Shown one piece after another: positions 23,859 through 31,960 of a DNA stretch of 32,000 nt. Origin of the DNA: Ktedonobacterales bacterium (lineage in GTDB: Bacteria; Chloroflexota; Ktedonobacteria; Ktedonobacterales; JADMIN01); contig CP126532.1 of assembly GCA_030167145.1 (NCBI GenBank), positions 2,940,001 through 2,972,000 on the forward strand, read 5' to 3'. A program made the translations under genes and the position numbers. The first letter of the stretch is position 1, and every line of letters starts with the position of its first letter. Below the pieces are notes generated by a model. It saw only the letters and a list, made by a program, of their open reading frames with translations, had not been told where the DNA came from and did no database searches.

Positions 23859-25118
23859 TCAGATTGTGTCGAAGCCGCCGCCCGCTGCGACACACCCTCC
23901 TGTAACCCTGAAAGATTCGATTGCGCCATGTTGCTCGATGGGAGATACGCCACGACCGTTCGTTTTGATGCCGCCGCGAATAGCAATTTCACGCGCCGTG
24001 CCGCCTGGCTTGATGCTAAGCCCAATAGCGGAAAGGGTCATGACCACTCCCTTCACAAGCGACTCCCCTGTGCCACCGAAGGTCTCAATACCGTGGTGTA
24101 CGACGATCCGCCCAACTGGCTGACTGATTTGGATGCCAACAGCGCCATCCGCGTGGGTGATGATGCGCTCGAATTCGGCGAGGTTCACGGTTCCGGTATA
24201 GACATTGAATCCGCGAGCGCCCTGGCCAAACGTCTCGATCAGCGCGTTGACCTTCAGCTCGTTCACGATGCCAAAGTTTACGAAGCCAATACCACTTGGA
24301 CCGAATGAGGTGATCTTCTCCTTGGCGATCCAGCGATTGACGAAGCCCCAATTATCGAGCACCATGTCGTTCACGCCGTAGGTCACGACCGGACCACGAT
24401 TCTTGACCTCATCCACATGAGCGCCGTAGACGGTAAAGACGCCGCCGGTAATCTGGTCGGGCGTGCCAGGGGCGATCTTGCCATCACTGTACACCCCACC
24501 GGTCTCCAGGCGCCGCACGATAAGCCGGCCACCTGTGTCACCCGCGCCGCTCACGAAAATGCCGCTGCCGAGCACCGGCGCGCCGCTGCGGCCAGCGGAC
24601 AAGCCCACCAGGTCCGCACTGATCACGACACTCTCGTCGGGTTGCATATTCCACAGTGTGAACGCGCCCTGGATGACGTAGACACCATAGCCATGCGGTC
24701 GCTCGCTCTCGCCCCGCGCATCCGCTGCCACGATGTCGAGGCCATGCACATCAACATGCCCACCCCGTACCTTGTCGCGTGCGAGAATCTGAACCCGCCC
24801 CGTGGTAGTGACCTCGCGCAATTCGATCCGCCCTAAGCTGTCCACGCTTGTGTCGTTGAATAGTGCTCGCTTATCCGTTGAGGCGTGAAGATGAATCGTG
24901 TGGACGCGGTTGTCCGAAGAAAGCTGAAGGCCATCGGCTCCGTCAGCGAAGGCAATCTCGGTCCGGTCGTTTTCTCCGCGCAGGGACTGCCCCGGAGCAA
25001 GACGGAGAGTTGGCGCGCCCGACAATTCACCGCGCACGATAATCCAGTGGACACTCGAATCTTTCGTCAGAGCAACCAGTTCATCAACTGATGTGGCCGC
25101 CTTTTCCTGGGTATCCAT
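23859..25118 (-). CDS. hypothetical protein, probable right-handed beta-helix repeat fold, no signal peptide
   Basis: Start at ATG 25118 (MDTQEKAATSVDELV), preceded by GGAGGT. The protein is rich in short G-x-(V/I)-x turns (GIFVSGAGDTGG, GGVFTVYGAHV, GIGFVNFGIV, GAVGIQISQPVG). One 60-nt line (24241-24300) counts 30/60 G+C, against 45/60 in the adjacent P450 gene (23281-23340). Confidence 0.6.
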   Translation of the reverse strand: MDTQEKAATSVDELVALTKDSSVHWIIVRGELSGAPTLRLAPGQSLRGENDRTEIAFADGADGLQLSSDNRVHTIHLHASTDKRALFNDTSVDSLGRIELREVTTTGRVQILARDKVRGGHVDVHGLDIVAADARGESERPHGYGVYVIQGAFTLWNMQPDESVVISADLVGLSAGRSGAPVLGSGIFVSGAGDTGGRLIVRRLETGGVYSDGKIAPGTPDQITGGVFTVYGAHVDEVKNRGPVVTYGVNDMVLDNWGFVNRWIAKEKITSFGPSGIGFVNFGIVNELKVNALIETFGQGARGFNVYTGTVNLAEFERIITHADGAVGIQISQPVGRIVVHHGIETFGGTGESLVKGVVMTLSAIGLSIKPGGTAREIAIRGGIKTNGRGVSPIEQHGAIESFRVTGGCVAAGGGFDTI

Positions 25119-25267
25119 CCGATGACCTCCAAGAGCGTGAACACCAGCCAGCCAGAGCATATCCCTGGCCAGGATAGATTGATTAAGGCATGGCCCTGAG
25201 GTGTAACGCAATACGACTGACCTGGGAAATGAATCGTGCTGCAAGACCACCGCACCGCCATTTCAGC

Positions 25268-25296
25268 TTGACATCCAGGAACACATGTTCTATCAT
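25268..25296 (+). promoter_or_regulatory. near-consensus sigma70-type promoter
   Basis: TTGACA (25268-25273), exactly 17 nt, TATCAT (25291-25296). Confidence 0.55.
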
Positions 25297-25302
25297 ACCT
25301 AC

Positions 25303-25399
25303 CAGTAGCTCATTGAGGTGAGCCAGAGTATGGCGCCTCCCTTGCCCTGTCGCGTTCCGGTCGCGCGTGGGGTGAGGGTGGCGCCATCTCGGTTTTTTT
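25303..25399 (+). ncRNA. candidate ~95-nt structured RNA (sRNA or terminator-containing leader)
   Basis: Hairpin 1 is GCTCA-TTGAGG-TGAGC (25308-25323). A long interrupted hairpin of about 24 bp spans 25326-25390 and is followed by TTTTTTT (25393-25399). It lies downstream of the 25268 promoter. The 5-prime end is inferred, not observed. Confidence 0.35.
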
Positions 25400-25506
25400 G
25401 CGCGGTTTCGCGCGCAGCGCCCACGTCTGTTCACGATGCGTAGGGGCGTCGGCGGACGCCCGTCAGATGGCGTACCAATCGCCCACATCGAAAGGAAACA
25501 CCCGTC

Positions 25507-25848
25507 ATGTCTCGCAAACGCTCACACACCGCCCGTGCCACAACGCCGCGCCCGCGCAAGCCGCGTGCGCCCAGCGTCCCCGGCACCACACACGCCCCAC
25601 TCCCCAACGTCTTCGCGCGCAGCGATACGCTACCAGCCGCCGGCCTGCATGCCGACACCGGCGCATCCCCCGCGCTCGATCTCATCGCCCCCGGCGGCGG
25701 CAGCCTCGGAGATGTGCTGCTCGAACTCGTCGGGGCGGAGCATGCCACGCTACGCAACAGCCTCGCCGTCTGGCAGCGCGAACAAGATCGCCTGCTCAAT
25801 CGCGCGTGGCGGCGTCCCGGCGGCCTCGCCCGTCCCGCTGGATTGTGA
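25507..25848 (+). CDS. hypothetical 113-aa protein with Arg/Pro-rich N-terminus
   Basis: MSRKRSHTARATTPRPRKPRAPS...GDVLLELVGAEHATLRNSLAVWQREQDRLLNRAWRRPGG. Codon third positions are mostly G or C, as in neighbouring genes. AAAGGA lies 10 nt upstream. I recognise no family. Confidence 0.5.
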   Translation: MSRKRSHTARATTPRPRKPRAPSVPGTTHAPLPNVFARSDTLPAAGLHADTGASPALDLIAPGGGSLGDVLLELVGAEHATLRNSLAVWQREQDRLLNRAWRRPGGLARPAGL

Positions 25849-25911
25849 CCGTGTCACTACGCCTCGGCAACGAAAGCCATTCACTGCCCCCTGGGCGTTT
25901 ACGCCCTCATG

Positions 25912-25976
25912 CTGTGCTCCGGCCATTGATGGCCGAGGCTGCATAGTCGCCTGTGCTCCGGCCATTGATGGCCGAG
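25912..25976. repeat. two identical 26-nt hairpin-forming direct repeats, 39 bp apart
   Basis: CTGTGCTCCGGCCATTGATGGCCGAG occurs at 25912-25937 and 25951-25976. Each contains the dyad CGGCCA-TTGA-TGGCCG. They lie between the 113-aa ORF and the 495-aa ORF. Confidence 0.85.
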
Positions 25977-26003
25977 CGCGACTAGAAAGGACCATCTAAC
26001 ACC

Positions 26004-27491
26004 ATGCTCCGCTCACAACTCGCCCTCTGGGCCTACACATCACCCACCACCTCCGCCTATCCGCCGCTCACCGGCGAATATGGCGAGCGCATCGAAGCGC
26101 TCGAATTCACCACCGTCGCCCCTGGCGGCTTCGGCGACCTCGCCTGCATCCTCAAGCTGCCCGACGCGCGCCTGCCTCGCCCAGAGCTTGGCCTCTTCTC
26201 GCGCGTCGTGCTGCGCGATGGCCTCTACACCTGCTTCGCGGGCGAATGGTCCGACCCCGCGCTCGTCCTCGATGGCGCGACCGGCGACTATCTGCTGCTC
26301 TCTGCGCTTGGCGGCGGCGTGGCACTGCGCGATGATCCCGACGACAGCGCCTACAACAGCGCCACCACCGCCCAGGCGATCATCGCCAGCGAGTTCAGCA
26401 AACGCGCCGCCTATCTCGCGCTGGACGCCGATCAATCCGCCGTGCTGCCCAGCGCCCCCGCCAATACCTTCACCCCGGTCTACGACGGCTACAACCTGGA
26501 AGAGATCTTGCACGACCTGATGGGTGCGCTCGGCGATTACGTCTGGACCGTCTACGATCACCCCAAGAACAAAGACGCCGCCGGATTCCCCACCTGGCAG
26601 CTCCATGCCCACCCGCGCGACACCACCACCACGAATTATCTGGCCCTCGGCGCGGACATCCTCTCCTGGCGCGTCATGCCCTCCGCGCAGCGCGCCTACA
26701 ACGTCGTGCAGGTTGCCTTCGTAGACCCCGTCGCCGGGCCGGGCAGCGTCACCGTCAGCGACCCGCGCCTCAGCGTCAGCGGCGCGCAGAATACCGCGCC
26801 CTTCCGCCGCCGCAAGCTGCGCCGCAACCTGGGCCGCCTGCCGCTCACCAGCGCCCAGGCCAGCGCCATCGCCAATGCCTGGCTCGCCACCTATAGCAAC
26901 CCTACCAATAAAGTCGAGGTCGAGCTACGCGGCATCCGCGACGCCAACGGACGCCCGCTCCCGCTGCATCAGGTCCGCGCGGACGCCAATCTCTACGTTC
27001 CCGAACTCGCCGTCCGTGGCCAGCGCCTCTCCGCCGCGCCCACGCCTGGCGTGAACCAATTCTGGATTGCCGAATCCAGCTACCGCGAGACTGCCAGCGG
27101 CGATGTGCGCCTCACCCTGCAACTCGATAACTACGCGGACCGCGCCGCCGCGCTCATCGCCCGCCTCCAGATCGCCGATGAGGCGCGCCAGCGCACACGC
27201 GGCGTCTACCGTCCCGTGCAATCCTCCGGCGCACAGCAGACCGGCTACTGCTCCATCCGCTATCCCAATGCCAGTGCCGGACAGGTCGTCGGCGTCGGCC
27301 TCAACTTCGTCCCCATCCTGTCGAACACTCCCACCGGACTCAGCTTCACCCAGATCACCGCCACCAACGTCTCCGGCGCGCCCAGCGTCACCACTGGCAC
27401 GACGACTCCCTACGGCTGCGAAATCACCGTCACCGCCGCCGCCACTGGCCCCGTCATCTGGACCGGCAAATACACCACCATCGGCGCCTGA
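26004..27491 (+). CDS. hypothetical 495-aa protein, possibly phage tail/host-specificity-like
   Basis: Long ORF with native-looking GC3. Its overall feel (N-terminal LEFTTVAPGGFGDLACILKL..., YNLEEILHDLMGALGDYVWTVYD, C-terminal Thr/Gly-rich beta-type region) reminds me of prophage tail or tip proteins. I cannot name a family. No signal peptide. Confidence 0.55.
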   Translation: MLRSQLALWAYTSPTTSAYPPLTGEYGERIEALEFTTVAPGGFGDLACILKLPDARLPRPELGLFSRVVLRDGLYTCFAGEWSDPALVLDGATGDYLLLSALGGGVALRDDPDDSAYNSATTAQAIIASEFSKRAAYLALDADQSAVLPSAPANTFTPVYDGYNLEEILHDLMGALGDYVWTVYDHPKNKDAAGFPTWQLHAHPRDTTTTNYLALGADILSWRVMPSAQRAYNVVQVAFVDPVAGPGSVTVSDPRLSVSGAQNTAPFRRRKLRRNLGRLPLTSAQASAIANAWLATYSNPTNKVEVELRGIRDANGRPLPLHQVRADANLYVPELAVRGQRLSAAPTPGVNQFWIAESSYRETASGDVRLTLQLDNYADRAAALIARLQIADEARQRTRGVYRPVQSSGAQQTGYCSIRYPNASAGQVVGVGLNFVPILSNTPTGLSFTQITATNVSGAPSVTTGTTTPYGCEITVTAAATGPVIWTGKYTTIGA

Positions 27492-27547
27492 ATCCCATGC
27501 CGAACCTTGCCTCCCTCGCCTCGTAGAAGAGGGGCTGGGGGAGCGGT

Positions 27548-28396
27548 CTATCCCATCACCCCCAGCCGAGCGCCACCCAGCCGCTCTGGCGCGAGCCACG
27601 CCACCACCGTCGCATCGAACCACTGCCCCGCCGCGCCCAACGCTGACCCGAAGCGCCCGCGCGACGCTTCCATATCTCCACTCGCCAGCACGAACGCGCA
27701 CGGAGCCGCCCCAAAGCGCGCCACACGCTCCGCCAGCCACGCATCCCCGTCGCCACGCGGCGCGGCCAGTGTCACCGGCGTCCCCGCGAAATGGGCCAGC
27801 GCCGCCCCAAACGCATCATCTTCGCGCATCTCTGGCGCGGGCCAGCCATACACCCGCTGAAACACCTCCACGGCAGGCGCGATTTGCTCTACACCCAGCA
27901 CCACCCCGCCTACGCCGCGCAACTCGCTCCCCGCCATACTCGCCGACGGGCGCACGCGCAACTCACGTGGCGTCGTATCCTGAATCAAGAATGGTAGCAG
28001 CGCTCCCGGCTCATCCGCGCCAACGAAGGCCAACTCCCACGCGATGCGTGTGCCATCCGGGCGTTCGCGCCCCATCGCGGTCGGCCCACGCACCGGCACG
28101 CCCAGCCCCGCGATGCGCGCCGCCTCCGCCGCGATCTCATGTGTACCCACCGCCCACGCGCACGGCCCGCCGTTCTCGCGAATCGCCGCATCCCACCAGC
28201 CCGACGCCTCTCCTGGCGCGACCGTCGAGATCAATTCGATATACGCGCCGTCGTCGAAGCCGATCAGCGCCATATGCGTTGGGCGGCCCGCGTGCGGCCC
28301 GCCATACTCCGGTGTCAGCCCAATGCCCTTAAACGCGAGCAGCATCGCGTCTAGGTTCGGCCCGGCAATCGTCACGTGGTCAATCGTCAGCGTCAT
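27548..28396 (-). CDS. VOC (glyoxalase-like) family protein
   Basis: MTLTIDHVTIAGPNLDAMLLAFKGIGLTPEYGGPH...THMALIGFDDGAYIELI is typical of the glyoxalase-like domain. SD GGGAGGG lies 7 nt upstream. Confidence 0.8.
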   Translation of the reverse strand: MTLTIDHVTIAGPNLDAMLLAFKGIGLTPEYGGPHAGRPTHMALIGFDDGAYIELISTVAPGEASGWWDAAIRENGGPCAWAVGTHEIAAEAARIAGLGVPVRGPTAMGRERPDGTRIAWELAFVGADEPGALLPFLIQDTTPRELRVRPSASMAGSELRGVGGVVLGVEQIAPAVEVFQRVYGWPAPEMREDDAFGAALAHFAGTPVTLAAPRGDGDAWLAERVARFGAAPCAFVLASGDMEASRGRFGSALGAAGQWFDATVVAWLAPERLGGARLGVMG

Positions 28397-28527
28397 ACCC
28401 GCGCCCTCCCTGTGCTATCGCCTCGCTCTCCGCGCCACCAAGCGGCATGCTAACGAACCAGGCGTACTTGGCGGAGCGCCGCATATCGCCGGTCATCGCA
28501 GCGCCATGTCGCATAGCGTGACTATGC

Positions 28528-29430
28528 TCATTCTTTCTGCTGCTCAGCCGCATCACCGCTGAAGAGTTGTGGCTGCTTGGCCTTCGCGGTGAGACTATTC
28601 GCGTTCTCGCTGCTCACCACGGGGCGTCCGGTCTGCGCTTCGATATCGCGCCGCGTGCGGCCCGCAACTCCCCCGGCATCTTTTGTATCGCGTTGCAACT
28701 CGCTCAGGCCTTGCGAGTCGCGTACCTGATGCAGTTCCGTGGCCGTCGCCTCGCCGATCTGCGTCAGCAGCAGTTCAAGCACCGTCATGTTATCGCGCAG
28801 ATTCGCCCGCTGGCCGATACCCTTCACCCGCTTGTGGCCTGCCACGCCAACATCAAACGTGCCCTTGTGGATCGTGTTGGTGAGTGCGCCGAAGTCCGCA
28901 TCGCTGGCGCCGCGGTGGTGCCACTCGCCCGTCAGTTCGTCGCGAATGATGATCCCTTGCATGCGTTTCTCGATCCAGTCGTCGGCATAGCCCAGCCTGC
29001 GGTAGTCCTGGCGCATGCGGTCGGCGGCAAGCTCGGGATCCTGCATCTCTTCCAGACGCTCCGCCCCGACCCGTGCGAGCCATTGCTTGAATGGCTCAGC
29101 TTTGGGCGAGGGGATGGACTGGATGATGCGCATCAGCGTCTCGGTATCGGCCGCATCGGTGAGGCGCTGTTTGCCGTCGGCGGAGAGCATTTTCAACTGT
29201 TGACATTTTGACAACAGTTCAACGAAACCCTCATCCGTGATGCGCCGCTTCATGTTCGCCCAATAGAAGCGCGGCTGTTCGCTGTCTGTCAGCAGCCCGA
29301 TCACATCAATCACGCTGAAGAACCAGCGCTCCTCATGCCACACCCGCCGCACCTGTGCCTCGGCCTGGTCGTCGAGCAACTCCAGCCCCATTGCATCGTT
29401 TGCGTTGTCGCGCCGATTGTCGTCACTCAT
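28528..29430 (-). CDS. Bro-N domain / DinD-like (DNA-damage-inducible protein D family) protein
   Basis: The N-terminal VRRVWHEERWFFSVIDVIGLLTDS... is Bro-N-like. The central and C-terminal layout (AEPFKQWLARVGAERLEE..., NLRDNMTVLELLLTQIGEATATEL...) parallels E. coli DinD as I remember it. SD GGGGGAG is present. Confidence 0.65.
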   Translation of the reverse strand: MSDDNRRDNANDAMGLELLDDQAEAQVRRVWHEERWFFSVIDVIGLLTDSEQPRFYWANMKRRITDEGFVELLSKCQQLKMLSADGKQRLTDAADTETLMRIIQSIPSPKAEPFKQWLARVGAERLEEMQDPELAADRMRQDYRRLGYADDWIEKRMQGIIIRDELTGEWHHRGASDADFGALTNTIHKGTFDVGVAGHKRVKGIGQRANLRDNMTVLELLLTQIGEATATELHQVRDSQGLSELQRDTKDAGGVAGRTRRDIEAQTGRPVVSSENANSLTAKAKQPQLFSGDAAEQQKE

Positions 29431-29621
29431 GCCCTATCTCCCCCGTGTCACTCTGCTCCACTCGCCTGGGCTACTTCCACTCAAATGTGCGCGTCTTTGT
29501 GCGTCGGCCTGATACGCAGGCAAGCTCTCTTACGCCTGTGGCGCGGTATTCATGCGCTCGGCAATGAACCGCTCGAGATCTTCCGACCGTAATCGCATCT
29601 TCGATGACAAATAAAGACACG

Positions 29622-30419
29622 TTATGGATGCGCTTGACCCGTCGGACGCACCACGATTTCGTTGATGCCCACGTGCGCTGGCTGCTGCACCGCAAACGCC
29701 ACTGCCCGCGCGATGTCCAGCGGCATCAGCGGCTCCGCGCCTTGCAGCATCGCGGGTAGGATGTCCGGCGGATACTCGGCCACCGCCTGAAACTCCGAGA
29801 TCACCACCCCCGGCTCGATGGTCGTCACCTGGATGCCCTTCGGCCCCACCTCCTGCCGCAGCGAATCCGCAATCGCCGTCGCCGCGAACTTCGTGCCACA
29901 GTACGCGCTGCCGCGCGGCGTCGGCACACGACCCGCCACCGACGACGTCACCACCACATTGCCGCTGCCGCGCTCCAGCATCGCTCCCACGCCATATTTC
30001 AGCGTCAGCAGCAGCCCATACACATTCGTATCAATCATCGCCTTCCAGCGCGCCGGATCGCTATCCACCAGCGGCATGCGATAGCCGAAGCCCGCGTTGG
30101 CGATCAGGATATCGAGCTTGCCCCAGTGATCGAGTGTCCGCTGCACGGCGGCCCGCACATCCGCCTCCTCGCGCACATCGCCGGTCAGCGCCAGCGTCTC
30201 GCCGTAATGCTCGCCGCCGAGCTTCGCCTCCTCTGCCATCCGTTCGCCCAACTGGCGCATGCGGTCGCCGCGCCGCGCGAACATCGCCACATGCGCCCCC
30301 GCGCGCACCAGCTCCTCGGTGATCGCCTCGCCGATGCCGCTGCTCGCCCCCGTCACCAGCGCCACCCGCTCGTGAAGATCCGCCAGCGGGCGCGCCGCCG
30401 GTTGCCGCTGCTCTGCCAT
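29622..30419 (-). CDS. SDR family oxidoreductase (short-chain dehydrogenase)
   Basis: The NAD(P)-binding motif is VALVTGASSGIGEA. NAG is present, and the catalytic S...YxxxK is SSVAG...YCGTKFA. SD AAAGGAG is present. Confidence 0.9.
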   Translation of the reverse strand: MAEQRQPAARPLADLHERVALVTGASSGIGEAITEELVRAGAHVAMFARRGDRMRQLGERMAEEAKLGGEHYGETLALTGDVREEADVRAAVQRTLDHWGKLDILIANAGFGYRMPLVDSDPARWKAMIDTNVYGLLLTLKYGVGAMLERGSGNVVVTSSVAGRVPTPRGSAYCGTKFAATAIADSLRQEVGPKGIQVTTIEPGVVISEFQAVAEYPPDILPAMLQGAEPLMPLDIARAVAFAVQQPAHVGINEIVVRPTGQAHP

Positions 30420-30557
30420 GCTGTGCTGCTCCTTTCATAATTGCCCCATTATTGTAGCGCACGCTCAAAGCCGGGTGCGCCCATCCGCCGTAAACTATGG
30501 GACTATCTCTCTGTGTGAGATTGTGTGGGCATTGACGGTCTTAGGGGCGGGCAGGAG

Positions 30558-31094
30558 CTATCCCACAATCTGGATCGGCGTGTCGCTGCGTGCCGCCGCG
30601 CGGCCACCAGGGAGCGCTGCGATCACGACCAGATCATAGAGGCCGGGCGCCAAGCTGCGCGGCAGATCGAATGTGCTGGTAAGGATGCCGCCGGTGGCTC
30701 CGCCCAGCCCAGGCGCGTGCAACAGATCGTTCCAGCCAGATGGCCCCTCAGTAGCCGTGGACGCGCCTATCGCTTGCTGGAGCGCGGCTGCCGACGGGAA
30801 CGGGCCGTAGAGGTGGGCGTCGGTTGCTGCCTGCGGTGATTGATTGATCGTGTTGGCGTAGACTTCCGCTCGTAGCTGGGTGATGATCGTGATGCTATCG
30901 CCGGGGTGCGCGGGCGCGGGCGCGAGGACGGCGATCTGCGTGGTGAGGAAGAGCGGCTCCGTGGGCGCTGGCGTCGCCGTCACCGTCACCGTGATCTTGC
31001 CCGTCGGCGTACCGCACGCGCTGAGCAGAAGCAGGCAGGATACGAACACTAGGCCGCCTATCAGCTTGATCGTCGCCACGCGCCGTTGAAACAT
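30558..31094 (-). CDS. lipoprotein, unknown function
   Basis: Start at ATG 31094 (MFQRRVATIKLIGGLVFVSCLLLLSACGTPTG, with a lipobox). The body is Thr/Ala/Pro-rich and beta-rich. Confidence 0.6.
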   Translation of the reverse strand: MFQRRVATIKLIGGLVFVSCLLLLSACGTPTGKITVTVTATPAPTEPLFLTTQIAVLAPAPAHPGDSITIITQLRAEVYANTINQSPQAATDAHLYGPFPSAAALQQAIGASTATEGPSGWNDLLHAPGLGGATGGILTSTFDLPRSLAPGLYDLVVIAALPGGRAAARSDTPIQIVG

Positions 31095-31132
31095 GAGGAA
31101 CAGCCCCTTCCTGGATTGAGGCAAACATCGTA

Positions 31133-31161
31133 ACCGCCGACGCTCCACAGGCGTCGGCGGT
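31133..31161 (-). terminator. 11-bp perfect hairpin downstream of the 31226 gene
   Basis: ACCGCCGACGC (31133-31143), a 7-nt loop, then GCGTCGGCGGT (31151-31161). On the minus strand it is followed by TTACGATGTTTG, which is only partly U-rich. Confidence 0.5.
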
Positions 31162-31225
31162 CAAACGACGAGCAGAGTCAATACTACAACGTGTCAGCGT
31201 GCGGGTTGAAGCAGAGCCTGCCCAA

Positions 31226-31960
31226 TCAACTGCAGTTGCCAAGGTCTAGGTTCGGCGTAGTGTAGTCCCAGCTGGAGCCGTAGCGTGTAAACGTCGTCTG
31301 CTGGTTACCGCACTGGTAGAAGTGCTGTGAGGTGCTGGTACTGGCGTTCCAGCTACCCCACGAGGGCATGAAAGTGTAGGTCTGACCTGGGACTGGAGAG
31401 CCGACGGTCTTGTTTGCAGCCCCATGCGTAGCGCCCCCGCAGTACACATACGACGAGATGCCGGCGTGGATCACAGCTTTCGAAGCCGCTACGCTGCGAT
31501 CAAGCCGAGTCCAAATGGCGTCATAGCCATCTCCAATGAGCGAATAGCAGGCGAAACCGTGGTCGGAGCCAGTGACGAAGTTTATCGTGAGCGACATGGT
31601 CCAGGAGCATGATGGGTCGCAGAAGTTCTGGTCTTTGTAACCCAAAGGAGCGGGGCCGCCATAGAAGATCCAGTCAGGGATGCCAGTCTTATAGGTGCGC
31701 TGTAGCACTGCGTGACTGGCAATGACAATTTGCTTCTCATAGACGTAAACGGGCAGATGGAGGACCTGACCTGTCGCCCGATTACGCAATGGAGCGCTGA
31801 GGGTTGCGATCAGGTAGCTATTGAATGTACCCGCACCCGACACTCTTGATACGTGGGCTTGCTGCGCATCTACACGCGAGGGAAGTACGAGCGAGCCGAG
31901 CACAACTGCGGTAAGGACAATTGTCGTGGTCAAAGATCCAAGCAGCCAACATGATCTCAT
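31226..31960 (-). CDS. secreted Cys-containing protein, unknown function
   Basis: The signal peptide is MRSCWLLGSLTTTIVLTAVVLGSLVLPSRVDA. The mature part has 7 Cys (FCDPSCSW, FACYS, YVYCGG, YQCGN, GNCS) and is rich in aromatics and Gly. One line (31621-31680) counts 32/60 G+C. Confidence 0.6.
   Translation of the reverse strand: MRSCWLLGSLTTTIVLTAVVLGSLVLPSRVDAQQAHVSRVSGAGTFNSYLIATLSAPLRNRATGQVLHLPVYVYEKQIVIASHAVLQRTYKTGIPDWIFYGGPAPLGYKDQNFCDPSCSWTMSLTINFVTGSDHGFACYSLIGDGYDAIWTRLDRSVAASKAVIHAGISSYVYCGGATHGAANKTVGSPVPGQTYTFMPSWGSWNASTSTSQHFYQCGNQQTTFTRYGSSWDYTTPNLDLGNCS

Noticed and set aside
23815-23895. Possible tiny RiPP precursor ORF upstream of the P450 (biarylitide-type pentapeptide gene).
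   Set aside because: I read the 44-nt gap and the in-frame upstream extension. I found no separate SD-led mini-ORF, only the tail of the beta-helix gene and the P450 SD.
25912-25976. CRISPR-like appearance of the repeated 26-mer.
   Set aside because: There are only two copies with a 13-nt spacer, and no further repeats or cas genes. This is not a CRISPR array.
27492-27547. Imperfect hairpin CCTCCCTCGCCTC...GAGGGGCTGGGGGAGG between the convergent 495-aa and VOC genes as a terminator.
   Set aside because: The stem is interrupted, there is no U-run on either strand, and the confidence is too low to list it as a feature.
29431-29621. LexA/SOS box upstream of the DinD-like gene.
   Set aside because: No GAAC-N4-GTTC or CTGT-N8-ACAG-type dyad was seen by eye. 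The only GAAC has no partner.
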